From Octopus vulgaris (Eukaryota): DNA of 64,000 bases. A model generated the notes under the pieces. It ran no database searches, was not told where the DNA came from, and worked only from the letters and a program-made list of their open reading frames with translations. Position 1 is the stretch's first letter. Every line of letters starts with the position of its first letter. The stretch covers positions 20,460,001-20,524,000 of the forward strand of contig OX597821.1 in assembly GCA_951406725.2 (NCBI GenBank), given 5' to 3'. The translations under genes and the position numbers were made by a program. Positions 29,591-43,272 of the stretch are shown one piece after another.

Positions 29591-31409
29591 TTATAGTTTA
29601 CTTTCAAATCATGAAATTGTCAAGTTTGCATTTCATCCTCCCGGTGCGGATAAACTAATAAGTAGTCTGATATAGGAGTTGAAATAACCAAATGGAAACT
29701 GATGCACACCTGTGCGTCGTGACCCGGACGTTAGCTCATTGTTGACGAAAAATCGAGAATCACGTTCATAGAAAGCATCAAATAAATGCTTCAGCATAAT
29801 TTTATACAGAAATCACATCGGACAAAATGTTTTGTGGCATTTTATCCGAGACAGGCTTGCTTTTATCTTTTTCGTGTCGATAAAGTATGTACCAGTTCAG
29901 CATTGCAGTCAATGTAATCGACTGGGCGTTACAAGGAAACATCGCTAATCTTGAACCAAAATTATAAAGAGTTACATTATAGCAAATTTAAAAAAAAAAA
30001 AAAAAACTCTAAAGACCCGATTGTATGGATCTCATCTGGTGGCTGAATTCTTTACAGAAAGCAATCAATACGGAAGCGATGGTTAAAAAGTTCAGAAGGT
30101 GAAATAGTGATGTATTAATGTTCGTTCCATATCTTAGTCGCTGAATCCATATTATCATATAACGCTGCTTTCAAAGTTTGTATTTACACTGCAAATGGAA
30201 ATTCACACGATTGTTCAGAAGGAGCATTTCTTGCTTTGAACAATCATGTTATGGCAATTCGTTTACTGTTCATATCATTCCTTAGAATTCTACTCCTTTT
30301 GCTGCTGGTGTTGCATTAAACTTTTTGATATTTCTTTGTGTTTTTTTTTAATTAGTTATAGATTAAATCACTTTAGGTTTGAGTATAATTATTTCAGATT
30401 TAAATATGTCGCATTAGAAAAAAAAACAAAAGAAAGCAAAACAAAAAGGGAGAAAAAATATTTGCAGTTTCCCGATGATTTCTGGTTTTCGGTTTTCTTT
30501 CAAATAGTTCTTTTGGTATCAGTAATATATGTTTCTCATTATTTTTCCTGTTCCGTCTTTGTCATTAATTTCATTCAGGTGAGAGAATCTTATAAATTTA
30601 TGTTGGTTTTCGGCGGCATTTACTTTCATTGACAATCATATATGAGTAGTTTATAAAGTTCATTAATGCTTCCTGTGTAACTCCTTTTGCTGCGGCATAT
30701 ATTATTCAATCTTAACACGGTATTTTTGATTTTAGCATATGGTTGTAGGATGCGTAAAACGGCCAAGATAATCTTTTTCTTTTTCAAATATCAATGGGTT
30801 CTTCTCGTCTTACTTTTGTAGAATGTTAGGCCATGGGATGCACTATTCACTTCAATTCTTTAATTATTTCGACATCCAGATAATCATGTTCATGATTTGC
30901 AGCTTTAGAATTTTCGGCTTCTAATTCTTATGTACATACATTTACTTATATTTATATTCTCTTTTTTATATATATTCTACTTATTATACAACATTACTCT
31001 TTTATGTACACTTTTTTATGTACATTCCTTTATGTACACTGATTTGTTCTGCTTTTTTATGTTTAAACCTACAGTCTCTTATGTCGTGGTTTAATAAAGT
31101 ATGTGATTGAGTATTATCTGGTAATTGATATTTGATTTAGATGTATTTCTCCATTTTCTTATCTTGTATTAGTAATTTGTGGTAAATCATTTTACCTTTG
31201 CCCATATAACACAGTAAATGAATTGATTGCATCGCAATCCTTAACATTTATGTATTAACTTTGTTGGGTACTTCACTAGCAGTTTATTGGATATATGTTA
31301 TCCCATGGAGTGTTGCATTTACAACCCCTATCTCAATTTGTATATATGTATATATATATACATATACGCATACATGCACATATATATATATATTCGTCGT
31401 ATCTTTTTC

Positions 31410-31448
<39 letters not shown>

Positions 31449-32074
31449 CATATGTATACATAAGTAAATGTGAGTATATGTGCTCGCGCATGTGTCTGTG
31501 CGCCTGCATTTTATACAAAATTCTGTGTACATATATTTGTTTGTGTAGTTTATCATCTCTTTTTAACAAGAAATCAGGTGGGAGTAACATCTGGCGATAA
31601 TTAGAAAAAAAAACACCTCATCGTTATTTCAAATTTGGTTAGATTAAGTACCTGACAATGGGGATACATTGAATAACAAAGAAAAATATTTAACCTTTGT
31701 TGTTTAAGTGTTGCAATTTGGATAATTCATCAGTATTCGTAACTATTGTAGAGGAATAAAATAGCATGGAATTAAATAGTTGATTTAATAGAGGTGAATA
31801 TATTTTAAAACATTTGCAATAGCGTTGGGAACAAAAACGTTTGAAAAATCCATTGGAATTCTTTGGGGAGAAAAATGCAATAATATTGACTTATTAAGAT
31901 AAATACGAGTGATTTGAACCTGTTTTATTTTACATTTGCTTTCAATGTAAATAAGTGAAATATGCAAATCCTAAAGAACTATTAAACAAAATTAGATGTG
32001 CAACTGATAAACATCAGTTCAATGCAGTTTGATAAATTTTACACTAAATTTATATCTTGTTATCTTTTATCTTT

Positions 32075-32343
32075 GAATTTTTGCTTGTTTCAATCATTAG
32101 ACTGCGGCCGTGCTGGCTAATGACACATTGTATGTCCGATTAGTATATCCGTAGCCTTATGTGATACAGACCGGCTCGAGATTCTAGGAGGAGTTTCAGG
32201 CTACGAATTCCACCGACTGCCAAGAATTTGATCAACCAAATGCTATAGTAGAAGACATTTTCGCAAGAAGGTTAGGTAGTGGGATTGAACACTGAACCAT
32301 GTCGTTGGAAAGCAGAGTTTTTGAGACACAGCCACGCCCCCCG
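32075..32343 (-). mobile_element. SINE family A, diverged and rearranged
   Basis: Head at about 32240-32343 and tail at about 32075-32118, with an unrelated middle. Confidence 0.65.
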
Positions 32344-32365
32344 CTTATATAAATCTCTCTCACTT

Positions 32366-32396
<31 letters not shown>

Positions 32397-32397
32397 G

Positions 32398-32443
<46 letters not shown>

Positions 32444-34128
32444 TCATATTATATCTTACATTGAAAGAGTTTGTGTGAGTGTGTGTGTGCGCGTATGTTC
32501 CATATAGTTTCGAACGCTGAGTTGCTGATTTTGACGTAAAAGGTATCAAAAGATTCAGTAATCTTTTGGCTACCAATTAAAGTGTCTTTTGCGCCCAATA
32601 ATTCTTTTTTACTACAAAAAATAACCTCGAAAATGAGGTCGGGTCGTTCAAGTTTGTGGCCCTTAGCTAAGGGAAGGCTCTACAATGAAACTTCGACGAT
32701 ATACCCTCAACTTTATTAGAATTTGTTAGTAAATAAACTTTTAATGTGAAGTATGTTTGTCTGTATTTTGTTTAGCTAAGAGTTGCTTCTGATGTAGCAG
32801 ACCCATCGCATATTTTTTTTTCTTCTTCCTGAAATAATGTAAATCTGAGTCTTTTTTAATGAAGGGGTGTCTTTTAAGAGAGATTTGGCTGCTATTTGTA
32901 GTAGTTCAAGTTACCACAGAACATCTGTGTGGCGTATGTGTGTGTGTGTGTGTGTGTGTGTGCCTGTGTGTATGTGTGTGTGTGTGCCTGTGTGTATGTG
33001 TGTGTGCGGCTGTTTTGTTGCAGTGAAAAAATACTTTTTCTCAATATTTTGCACAATAAATTTTAAAGAAATCCGGACACCTTTCTTACTACTGAACATT
33101 CAAATTCAAAGTGCAATTGTTAATTGTTGGAAGTTAAATGGATTGAGATATACATGTACAGTTATCGTATAGAGTAGAAGTTCAATACGAAGTTTTGAAC
33201 ACATTACCTTGTGGTTTGTAATCCATTAACTTAAATTTGAAGTCATTAAGTCTTTAAACATTAGTTTACTGGGTTTAGTCTTGCAATGATGAGGTATCGC
33301 CGCCAAAAATTTAATTGATCACACTGACCTTTATTCGTATTTCAATCTGGCATTTATTTCGTAGACTCTGCTTGATGATCTGCTACATTTGAGACATAGT
33401 GGTGGAACGATACTCGATTGAACAACAAATGTAAACACACACACCCATACACACATATTACGTGCAAAAATGATTGCAAGAATAAATATTTATAAATGTA
33501 TATATTATAAGTATATACGTGAGTATAAGTATATAAGAATAATTATATATACATATATACTGCATTAGTATATGTACATGTATGTATAAATGGGAGGTTT
33601 CGTACATAAAATTGAAGAACTATTGAAGATGAAATGAATTCAGGACTTAGTCTAAATGCAATGCAATATTTATAATGATTTCAAAGTTTCGCTGGCAATC
33701 GCTCTCAGCAGACTGAAATCTAAAACATTTAATAGACAAATGTATGTGTGTATCTGTATTATTCTATGTATGTCTTTGTACCTGTGTGTTAGTCGTAAAT
33801 GCACAAACAGTTAGAAATATAAATATTCATTCTATAGTTCAGAATATCATAATAGTAGTTGCTATAGTTGATCATCAAAAACAAAATTGGTACCTCTTGA
33901 GTATATCAGCGAAATAAATATATTCAAACGCATTTATAATTTTCTGTTTCCCCTCTTTCTATTACATTAATTATACTAGATAGGTATGTCTTCTATAACT
34001 TATATTTCTCATTAAAATACTGGAATCTATGAGGAAATCTCCACATAATTATAGTTGTTTATATATTTAGAAAAGAGTATCAGAGTTGATAACAATTTCT
34101 AAAATTTATATTTAATATTATATTACAC

Positions 34129-34433
34129 GTGGAGGCGCAATGGCCCAATGGTTAGTGCAGCGGACTCGCGGTCGTAGGATCGCGGTTTCGATTCCCAGAC
34201 CGGGCGTTGTGAGTGTTTATTGAGCGAAAATACCTAAAAGCTCCACGACGCTTCGGCAGGGGGTGGTGATCCCTGCTGTACTCTTTCACCACACTTTCTC
34301 CCAACCTTCCTTCTGTTGGCCTGCTCACTTAGCCAGCGGGGTGGTGTCATTCGAAGGCTAAAACAATGCGAACGCATTGTGACCAGCGATGTGTAACAAC
34401 ATCAGATGGTCTGGTCGGTCACGTGATCACGTG
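34129..34433 (+). mobile_element. tRNA-derived SINE, family C, with TSD
   Basis: A box tggcccaatgg, B box ggtttcgattcc, 3' (cacgtgat)n tail, 12-bp TSD attatattacac (34117-34128 / 34434-34445). Confidence 0.9.
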
Positions 34434-34987
34434 ATTATATTACACATAATATGTAACTAACTGTAGCCATCACTGTCGAGTGAGTATGATGAGCGGGTGT
34501 ATGAAAATGTTGTTAATTATTAAAGGCACCAATGTAATGATAGGCACGTCCTGCTGTTTCTACTATCTTAATTAAATGTATCACCGTAAGCCTGTCATTT
34601 AGAAAGGAAGATAGATGCGGTGGCATATTCTCAAATTCTATTAATTTTTTGTTTTGGTCAACCATACTCAATAGCATTATTATATTTTGAATTATAGACT
34701 GTATATTTATATTTCTTACAACAAACATACAGGCACAAAGACACCAAGGAACACAGAGACAAACACAGGTTTCCGTTGAGGAAACAGCTGCATCGTAAAA
34801 TAGAGTGCAATGCTGAAAGACACAACGCATTGCTCTGTTTAGTAATTGAAAGCACAACTGATGATCATGAAGCCAAGATCAAGACATATATATTAAACAT
34901 TTTCAACAAAACCTTGGACATGTCTTATACCGTGGGCTAGTCTTATAAGCATGAATATATACTTATGTGTGTGTGTGCGCGCGCGTA

Positions 34988-35019
<32 letters not shown>

Positions 35020-35097
35020 CTTTATATAATTAGGGTTCAGCAAAAAAAGGGCTTTACCACACACCGAACTTTTAGAAATAGCAGCCAAAGAATTTAG

Positions 35098-35180
<83 letters not shown>

Positions 35181-35191
35181 CGTATATATAT

Positions 35192-35277
<86 letters not shown>

Positions 35278-35483
35278 AGAAGAGAGAGAGAAGGACACAT
35301 ACACACACACATTCATTTATATATAAGTGCTTATGTGTGTGGTTTATGTGCATGCATCTTTGTGTTTGTATTTTACAATTGGTGACAATCGTACTCGTTT
35401 ATTTGATCTCCCCTTAACCTACAGTTTCGGCAGAAGAGAACGATATAATAGGTAGAAGCGTTTAAAAATATAACTACTGCCAC

Positions 35484-35954
35484 TCATGCGGGAAGATTCC
35501 AATGCATTGCTAATCCATTCGGATGCTACCAGATGATTCATCGTTTCTTCAAAACAGACTTCACCCAGTTTGTTTGTTAATATGTTATTGCGATATTTCT
35601 CATGCCATTTCATTAATTTTTAATGTATAGCATTCTCTATTAATGATTCTTGCGTATGTAATAAAATCTTAGTCCACTTATTTGTGTAATATTCGTGCCT
35701 GCCAACTCTTTATTTAATACGAGCTGGCAATGCTTGAATAATGCAAACAAAGAGGACGAAGATTTTATTACATACGCTAGAATCGCTAATAGGAAATGCG
35801 GGAGATTTAAAATTAATGAACTGGCACCAGCCGAACATGAGGAATATTGCAATTACATATTACCAAGAAAATGGGGAAGTCTGTTTTGAAGAAACAGTGA
35901 ATTATGCGGGAACATCCCAATGGATTAGCAATCCATTGGGATATTCCCTTATGA
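35484..35954. repeat. About 470-bp imperfect palindrome built from gypsy-like gag fragments
   Basis: Left arm 35484-35713 is the diverged reverse complement of right arm 35716-35954. Both arms encode GEVCFEET; the right arm encodes SLFNTSWQCLNNANKEDEDFITYARIANRKCGRFKINEL and EHEEYCNYILPRK. Confidence 0.8.
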
Positions 35955-36299
35955 ATTATCTCATCTTAAATTTTTTGGTGACGGAATTATTCGAAGCTCA
36001 TGCTTGACAGATCTTTACTTGAACATCGAAGCTTAACTAGCTTCGGTATGTTATGGGAGAACACTGAACAGCATTACGTGACAGAAGGTGGAAACACCGA
36101 TTACAATAAATAAGAACTGAGTCAGAAGCATAGTTGACACTGCTTTTTGATTTCTGCTAGACGTAATTCGCATTGTTAGTTGTTATTGAAGTTCTCCCGT
36201 AAGGGTAAACCTAGTAGTTGTTGAATTGTTGAATTACTGTTGCCGCCCCCCCTTTTTTTAAACTACGGGTGTGTGATTTTGTATTTGCATTCTTACCCA

Positions 36300-36773
36300 T
36301 TTATGGTTGAAGTTGAAAAAAAAGGAGGAACGGAGTACGAACCAGTTCTAGCCGGCAGTTAAGCTTCATCTACTGGAAGAGTTTTACCTAAGGACGCATT
36401 AGAAGTTCGAAAAGTGAAAATTGAGACAAAGAAACTAAAAGAATACAACAAGTGAATTGAGAGGGAAGGAACCAGTTTTAGGTTGACTCCGCCGGAAGAA
36501 TTAACATCCAGCGTAACAAAGCGAACAATTATCTACAGAACTCTCTCCGCGTCAACAAAAAAACAACAAAAAATAGAAATAGCCACAGTAGGAGCCATAG
36601 AGGATTGTTTAAAAGAAATGAAAATCCTCACAACATTCTACACGAGAGAGAGAAAATACAGCATAGTGAAGGTGAAGTTCGCTAACGAACAGGATACGAT
36701 ACTTCTGCCAACTTATTGTGGCAAACGAGTGTCAAGAGTAAGGATAGGCAGAGAACGGATAGTCAGTAGTTGA
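36300..36773 (+). mobile_element. Possible L1/Tx1-type LINE ORF1 remnant
   Basis: Purine-rich disrupted ORF ...YSIVKVKFANEQ...LLPTYCGKRVSRVRIG, resembling RRM-type LINE ORF1. Recognition by eye only. Confidence 0.4.
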
Positions 36774-37352
36774 ACAGTGAACACTGAATATCGTACCTAC
36801 GTTCAGGTAGTACGGAGTGCGTTCTGTGTTAATATATATTTCTGTGATTTTAAATAACGACGAACACAATTTGTGTAATACCATTTTACAGTAGACGTGT
36901 ATACCAACGCCATAACTATGTATTCATAACAATGTTTTAAAAATCCTTACATTTATATACATATAATAAACAGTTAAATGTACTTATATATCACTTTTAG
37001 CGAGTTAGCGTCTTAAAGAACGTAGGGTCGTTAAATCACAAGCACAATGTGCGTTCTTGCCCCACATATTTTAGCATAATACTACCTTAAGACTTGATTC
37101 TTTCAGATATTTTAAAATCGCATTAACATTTTTTCTGATCAAGTAAATTTAATTCAATAATTCTTTTATCTTGACACATTGTATAAATAAGTCCTCTATT
37201 ATCTCTTTATCCTCCTATCAGCTTAATAGCTTTCGATTTGAGTATTCATCATTGACTTACATATATATATATATGCTTTTTACGAGTGTATATGTGTATG
37301 ACTTTGCTTGTGTGTATATATATGTGTGTGTGTGTGCGTGTGCGTGTGTGTG

Positions 37353-37397
<45 letters not shown>

Positions 37398-37412
37398 ATG
37401 TGTGTGCTTGTA

Positions 37413-37465
<53 letters not shown>

Positions 37466-38030
37466 ATATATATATGAGCGTGTATGATTTTGCTGTGGGG
37501 GCGGTATGCAATCTGTATTAGTTTCCCTTAATTAAATATAATAGCAGCAATTCTTATACGACTAAATTTTATGCCCGAGTATTCACAAATGATGGCTCTC
37601 TACTCCTTCGCTGAAAAGTTGACTTAAACTGATAGTTCCTCCGAACTTGAGATCGATAATGAGTCACGAAACTTATTAGAGACTTACAGAGTTTTCGCAA
37701 TGTCTGTAAACTACGTCCATATTTTTGGCTAAGCACTTAGTCCTCTCAGGTGAACGATCATTTTGGGGTTTCAAATGTCACAGGAATCCGGAGCGGCTCT
37801 CGTAGTCTTCGCCGCATACATCATAGATAAACTGGTCTGCAAAAATAATGAACTGAGTATAAGCTGCTGGTGGGTTATCTATGTGTCTTTAGAAGTGGCT
37901 TTAAGGCTCTGCGTTTGACATACATATTTGGTCACTCTCGTGGCATATAAACCAAGATATAGCCAATTTTACATTTTTCCCTCGCCCGAAGACATATACA
38001 CTGGCATAATATTATATATACGTATATATA

Positions 38031-38177
38031 TAACTTATAAAATAAGGGCAAAAGAAAAATTCTAATGCCAAATATGTCGAAAAAAAGAAAAAAATTGTCA
38101 ATGGTTATTGACAATTTTGTCTTTTTTTCGGCATATTTGGCATTAGAACTTTTCTTTTGCCCTTATTTTATAAGTTA
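38031..38177. repeat. Near-perfect palindrome, about 72-bp arms, 4-nt loop
   Basis: Arms 38031-38102 and 38107-38177, loop ggtt. Confidence 0.95.
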
Positions 38178-38262
38178 TTTATAAATTTAACCTTTAAAGT
38201 TATTTTTTGATATGCTGGCCATTGATAAAATTTTTTACGAAAAAGATGTTATCCTACATTAG

Positions 38263-38339
<77 letters not shown>

Positions 38340-38446
38340 ACAGAAAAGAGGAATTTCTGTTGTCCCCACGTGGTGGATTGTAATGTATATAAGAAAAATA
38401 AAAACGGAAAATAAGCACACTTACATGGTTACAGTATAATTTTTAA

Positions 38447-38483
38447 TGTATCGACCGGTTTCGCAATCGCTATTCATGATACA
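38447..38483 (-). ncRNA. Degenerate minimal type I hammerhead (core mutated)
   Basis: Minus strand: tgtatc-ATGAATA-gcgattgc-GAAA-ccgg-TC-gataca. Perfect 6-bp stem I and palindromic CCGG stem III; core differs from CTGAAGA at positions 3 and 8. Confidence 0.7.
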
Positions 38484-39404
38484 ATGTTTAATTTATATGA
38501 AAATATATTTTTTCTTAAGAAGAAAATGGGTCCATGTTGTTTATAATGAGATTCACGAGTGAATGATTTTACAAGTTGGTAAGTAAATGGAGGTAATTGG
38601 CTGTTATTATTGTCATTGTTATCTGTAAGGGAGATAGCTGTTTAGGCTTTGGGTGGGGACCTCAACGTTACATAATATAGTGGTTCCTGGACTTCCAAGA
38701 CACGTCCATGTCTACAGATATTAGGAAGTGTAAAAGATTTGGGCCAACCTCATTATCCTTTTTGAAGAAAAGCTTTCTTGGTCAGTTTAGTTCACCTGAT
38801 ATTAATGCTGTAAAAACGCCAAAAGGTATTTTCCTCCCTGAGAGGCTTTCCGACATTTAGAATGAGTTCACCAGCACTAAATGGAATATTATGATTGCTA
38901 AATCTGACTCGGCGAAAGACGACACATTTTTTACAAACCTCATGCATACATTACTTGAAAAAATGAACTATCTTAATGTTGCCATGAGAGGTACGTCTGG
39001 TTAATGAACATCAAGTTACTAGTAACTGACAATCTAGATATACAACCACAGGTCTAGCTGTTCCATACACAATGTCAGAGTATTTACTCCCAGCGCCCGT
39101 ATAGAATACAATCCATCCATATTCTTCCAAACATTGCAACCCATCACCATCGAATTTGATCACATACGCGTATAGCCCGCTGTTGCTAATGGGCTGATAC
39201 TCTACTAAACAACGACGAGCGTAGCGTAATTACTGCGCTTGTATAATTCGTATCTGTTACTAGAAACTAATGTCGCAGAGGCAAAGTACCGCTATGTTAC
39301 AGAAAAATATGCAAACCAACACCGGATGTCAAGCTATATCAGAGAAAGACGCATATATGTATACGTTTCTGTTTATCTATTATCGATGTAACTCTCTGCC
39401 GTTC

Positions 39405-39435
<31 letters not shown>

Positions 39436-39473
39436 TTCTCTCTCTCTCTATCTATGTCTATCTATCTACCTAC

Positions 39474-39539
<66 letters not shown>

Positions 39540-39583
39540 CTCTACCTACCAATCTAACTATGTATGTATGTGTGTATGTATGT

Positions 39584-39677
<94 letters not shown>

Positions 39678-39719
39678 GAAAGAAATAATAACCTACAATA
39701 TGGTAGCAGTCATAGCCAC

Positions 39720-40368
39720 TCATAATAAAAAAATGTTCTGGTGGAATGTCCCAGTGAAGACCTCAATAAAATGTAAGCACAACACGCCTGGTGTAATATG
39801 ATTTGGGATAGAGAAGAGAAACTGTGCACAGTTGTGAAAATTAGCTGCCCAGCAGATATTAACATAAAGCTGAGGATCAGTGAAAAAGAGAATACCTATG
39901 CTGGACTGTGGAGCAATCTGCAGTTACTGTATGTCTGCAATTACTGGGGCCCTGGAATATGGAACACACTGCCTAAATACCAATCTCGATAAATTAGGCT
40001 AATTTGAAGGGGAAAGCTAATTCGAAGACTACAAAGTAATCACTGGAACTGTAATTATCTGTAAACCCTTTCAGAAGTTTAGTATGTAAACCTTTCCAGA
40101 ACTTTTTATGAGCATGTCTAGATATGCAACTATATGCATAAGAACACATACATAAAACGAAACATACATGCATGTATACATACATACATACATACATACA
40201 TACATACATACATACATACATACATACATACATAAATACATACATACATACATACATACATACATACATACATACATACATACATACATACATACATACA
40301 TACATACATACATAAATACATACATACATACATACATACATACATACATACATACATACATACATACA

Positions 40369-40400
<32 letters not shown>

Positions 40401-40522
40401 AACATAACTACACACACAAATAAAAATACCCTGATGTCGAAATTCCAATGAAGGAGCTTTGGATCTAGGTTTGAAACTTGCTCTTTCTCTATTCGCAAGA
40501 AATCTTGAAACAAACTGAGTAT
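39720..40522 (+). mobile_element. Second copy of the same LINE 3' end, with a (TACA)n expansion inside the 3' UTR
   Basis: WWNVPVKTSIKCKHNTP and IWDREEKLCTVVKISCPADINIKL, same 3' UTR end as 27530-28315; (TACA)n at about 40176-40397. Confidence 0.85.
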
Positions 40523-40818
40523 ACATAAATACAGATGTGTATGCACATGCACTCTGACGCACACATATTTGCACAAACAAACAAACAAAAGGAATACAAC
40601 TCCGATAACGGACTGAGTCAAAAACTACTGAAGAGTTTGCAAGAAGCAACGAAAATTTTAGAAATGAGTGGAAATCGAACCGGTGAGTGTGTTAATCAAT
40701 GAGACATTAAAATAGAATGACTCTCCCTAGACACGACAAAATATGCTTCAACACACGAATGAATCTTTCATACCAAACGCAAAAACAATATATGTATATA
40801 TGTATGTATATGTGAGTG

Positions 40819-40909
<91 letters not shown>

Positions 40910-42894
40910 GCGTGTGTGTGCGTGTGCATGTATGCGTGTGCAATACAAATTGCAATATACTTTTCCGAATAATTTGTTCATTATGTTCTTTTCAAATATT
41001 ATCAAATATTACTTCAAATGTTTTCACTCTCACATCTAAGCAACTGTTTAACTGCCAAATTTTTTATTTCACCCTTCTTCTTGTTTTATAATATATAAAA
41101 TGATTACCCAACAAAATCATGACCATTTAACGTGTCTTTAATTCAGAAGTGGTACCTTTTAAAGTTTCGTTTACTGTACGCAGAAGAGAGTGGCTGTCTG
41201 TAAAGGCGAGAATGACCACATGAATATCTTTATAAGTTTTTGTATTTTATATATATCCACAACATACGTGCATATACACAACAATTATTTGAATAACACA
41301 ACTTCTATGAATGTGATAAATGTTAAAACCTGGCAATGTATAAATAATTTATTCATAAGAAAGTCGTTCAGGATTATTGAAGTAGAAATTTTATAATGTG
41401 AAATTGATCCACAGAGTTCTGTGTAGCTTTCTGTGATAGGTTATTCCACATTAATCATAGATATAGGAGTTTATTCCACGTGCTCACTCTTAATGTTATC
41501 ATCGCTACACCTCTCTGACAGGAAAGAGATAATAGGTCAGGAGTTTCAATACCCATGTTTAAAGGTGGTGTGTCATCTCCTAATGTAGCAACAATTGATG
41601 TACTTTAGTGCTAAGCTCTTTTTTTGCAGGTACTTGGTAATACCGCGATGTAAATTTATGCCGATTTTCAAGTCAAGTCGCTACTATTTATTTGTGAAAT
41701 CTTACTTGATCAATCAGTTTACCTAGAAGGAAACAATGTTTTTAGGAGTAAGAGGTGTTGAAATCAATGCATTCAGGGACCACTCAGTAGATTCTGCAAA
41801 ATAGTAGTCATTCTATATGAGACCAAGTGCAAATTTTACTTACGAATCATCACACCATCTGGAATATAGAATTATTACAGAAAAGGATTTCACACAAGCC
41901 GACAACATATGAAGTATTATATGTCAGGAACCTTCGGAAAGAGGATCTATCACACATAGCTTAGGTGAAGGCTGTAAAATGCATCATCATATGATGAAGT
42001 GTTGAAAAATCTAAAGCGTATGAAAATAGTGGAAAATAATGGGATCTCAACAGACCCGAAATATACTATTCTTAACGACATCAGTGAAATCTGAGATATA
42101 TCTGAACGACAAATAAGAAGCCAGGAAATAAACATATAAATGTGTATTACAAATCTTGTCATAGCCAACAAAACGAAGCCAGAATATTGATGCAAGTTTA
42201 TTCCTGGAGATGAGATGCAGATATTCTGTCCACGTTGAGAACAATACGGTGACTTTATGTTAATATTTTCATTTAATTTAGTTGTTTAATATAATTAAAT
42301 ACTTTTTCTCTTGTGTCCTGTTCATTTAGACTTTTCCCATTTTCTGGCTGACAGAAGTATTTTACATTGACATGTTATGGATAATATTTCTAAATTTAAC
42401 ACTGAATTGTTATCTGCTATATTTCTCGTTGTTATACGTACAAGACCTGGAATTTTTCGAGATGGGTCCAGTCGATTTCATCGACCCCAGCTCACAACTG
42501 ATACTTATTTCGTCGAATGCAAAGACAGAAGTAATATCACTACAAGGATAGGCTGAGAAAATCATAGGCTGTCTATGAAGAAATTATACTAGAGTTCTCA
42601 ATTCTTCCTATTAATAACTGTTTTCCTTTTTTTCCAGGCAAAGAAGACTTCAAAAGTAACTAGTAGCGGCTTCACCTGAAAATGAACAAAATTTGACATC
42701 GTGGTACCTACAGAGAAAAGGGTTTAGTTCCCAACAACATTTATGCTGATATAGTTGCTGTATTAGAGGATGGCGCGTCCTAAAGCTGACACAGATTGAT
42801 ACATTGATCGTGTTCACAACACATACGCTCACACATACACACACACAAACACAGACAGACAGACACACAAGCACACACATTCATACACAAACAG

Positions 42895-42996
<102 letters not shown>

Positions 42997-43008
42997 ATAA
43001 GTTGATAG

Positions 43009-43078
43009 ATACCGAAAAAATAGAAATAGCAGTCAAGAATGCTTATTTCTATCAAAGTTGGACTCCGGGCATGACAGA
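43009..43078 (-). repeat. 70-bp inverted copy of an internal part of the tandem unit, at the array's 5' junction
   Basis: Reverse complement of 43335-43404 (tctgtcatgcccggag...ttcggtat). Confidence 0.95.
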
Positions 43079-43159
43079 AATATTTTGATGTCGCATGGTC
43101 AGAAGGTTTGAGGTACGTAGCATTTGATAAATCTATGATAAATCTTTTTCAATGGAAAG

Positions 43160-43272
43160 CTGTGCTGAAGAAGGATGTGAAATATATATGCAATGTATAT
43201 GAAATATATATCAAAAATATATATGGAATATATATTCAATATGTTTATAATCCAGAAACATGATGTTCACAG
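43160..43272 (+). ncRNA. Type I hammerhead ribozyme-like motif, copy 1 of 4
   Basis: Stem I ctgtg/cacag; CTGAAGA (43165-43171); long AT-rich stem II closed by ggat/atcc; GAAA (43255-43258); stem III cat-g-atg; GUU site. A.A mismatch at 10.1/11.1. Confidence 0.7.

Noticed and set aside
34129-34205. tRNA gene
   Set aside because: No complete cloverleaf or poly-T terminator; it continues into a SINE body with a TSD.
34560-34960. pogo/Tigger-like MITE
   Set aside because: Only one end motif (gtcttatac...gtcttata) is recognisable, with no clear TIR pair.
40625-40663. cta-CTGAAGA-gtttgc-aagaa-gcaac-GAAA-atttt-ag hammerhead-like motif
   Set aside because: Stem I is only 3 bp, stem III is essentially absent and there is no element context; could be chance.
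41610-42705. Strong splice acceptors (about 41629 and 42637) and coding-like sequence at 41750-42250
   Set aside because: Multiple stops and no recognisable domain; cannot be supported as exons or as a specific element.
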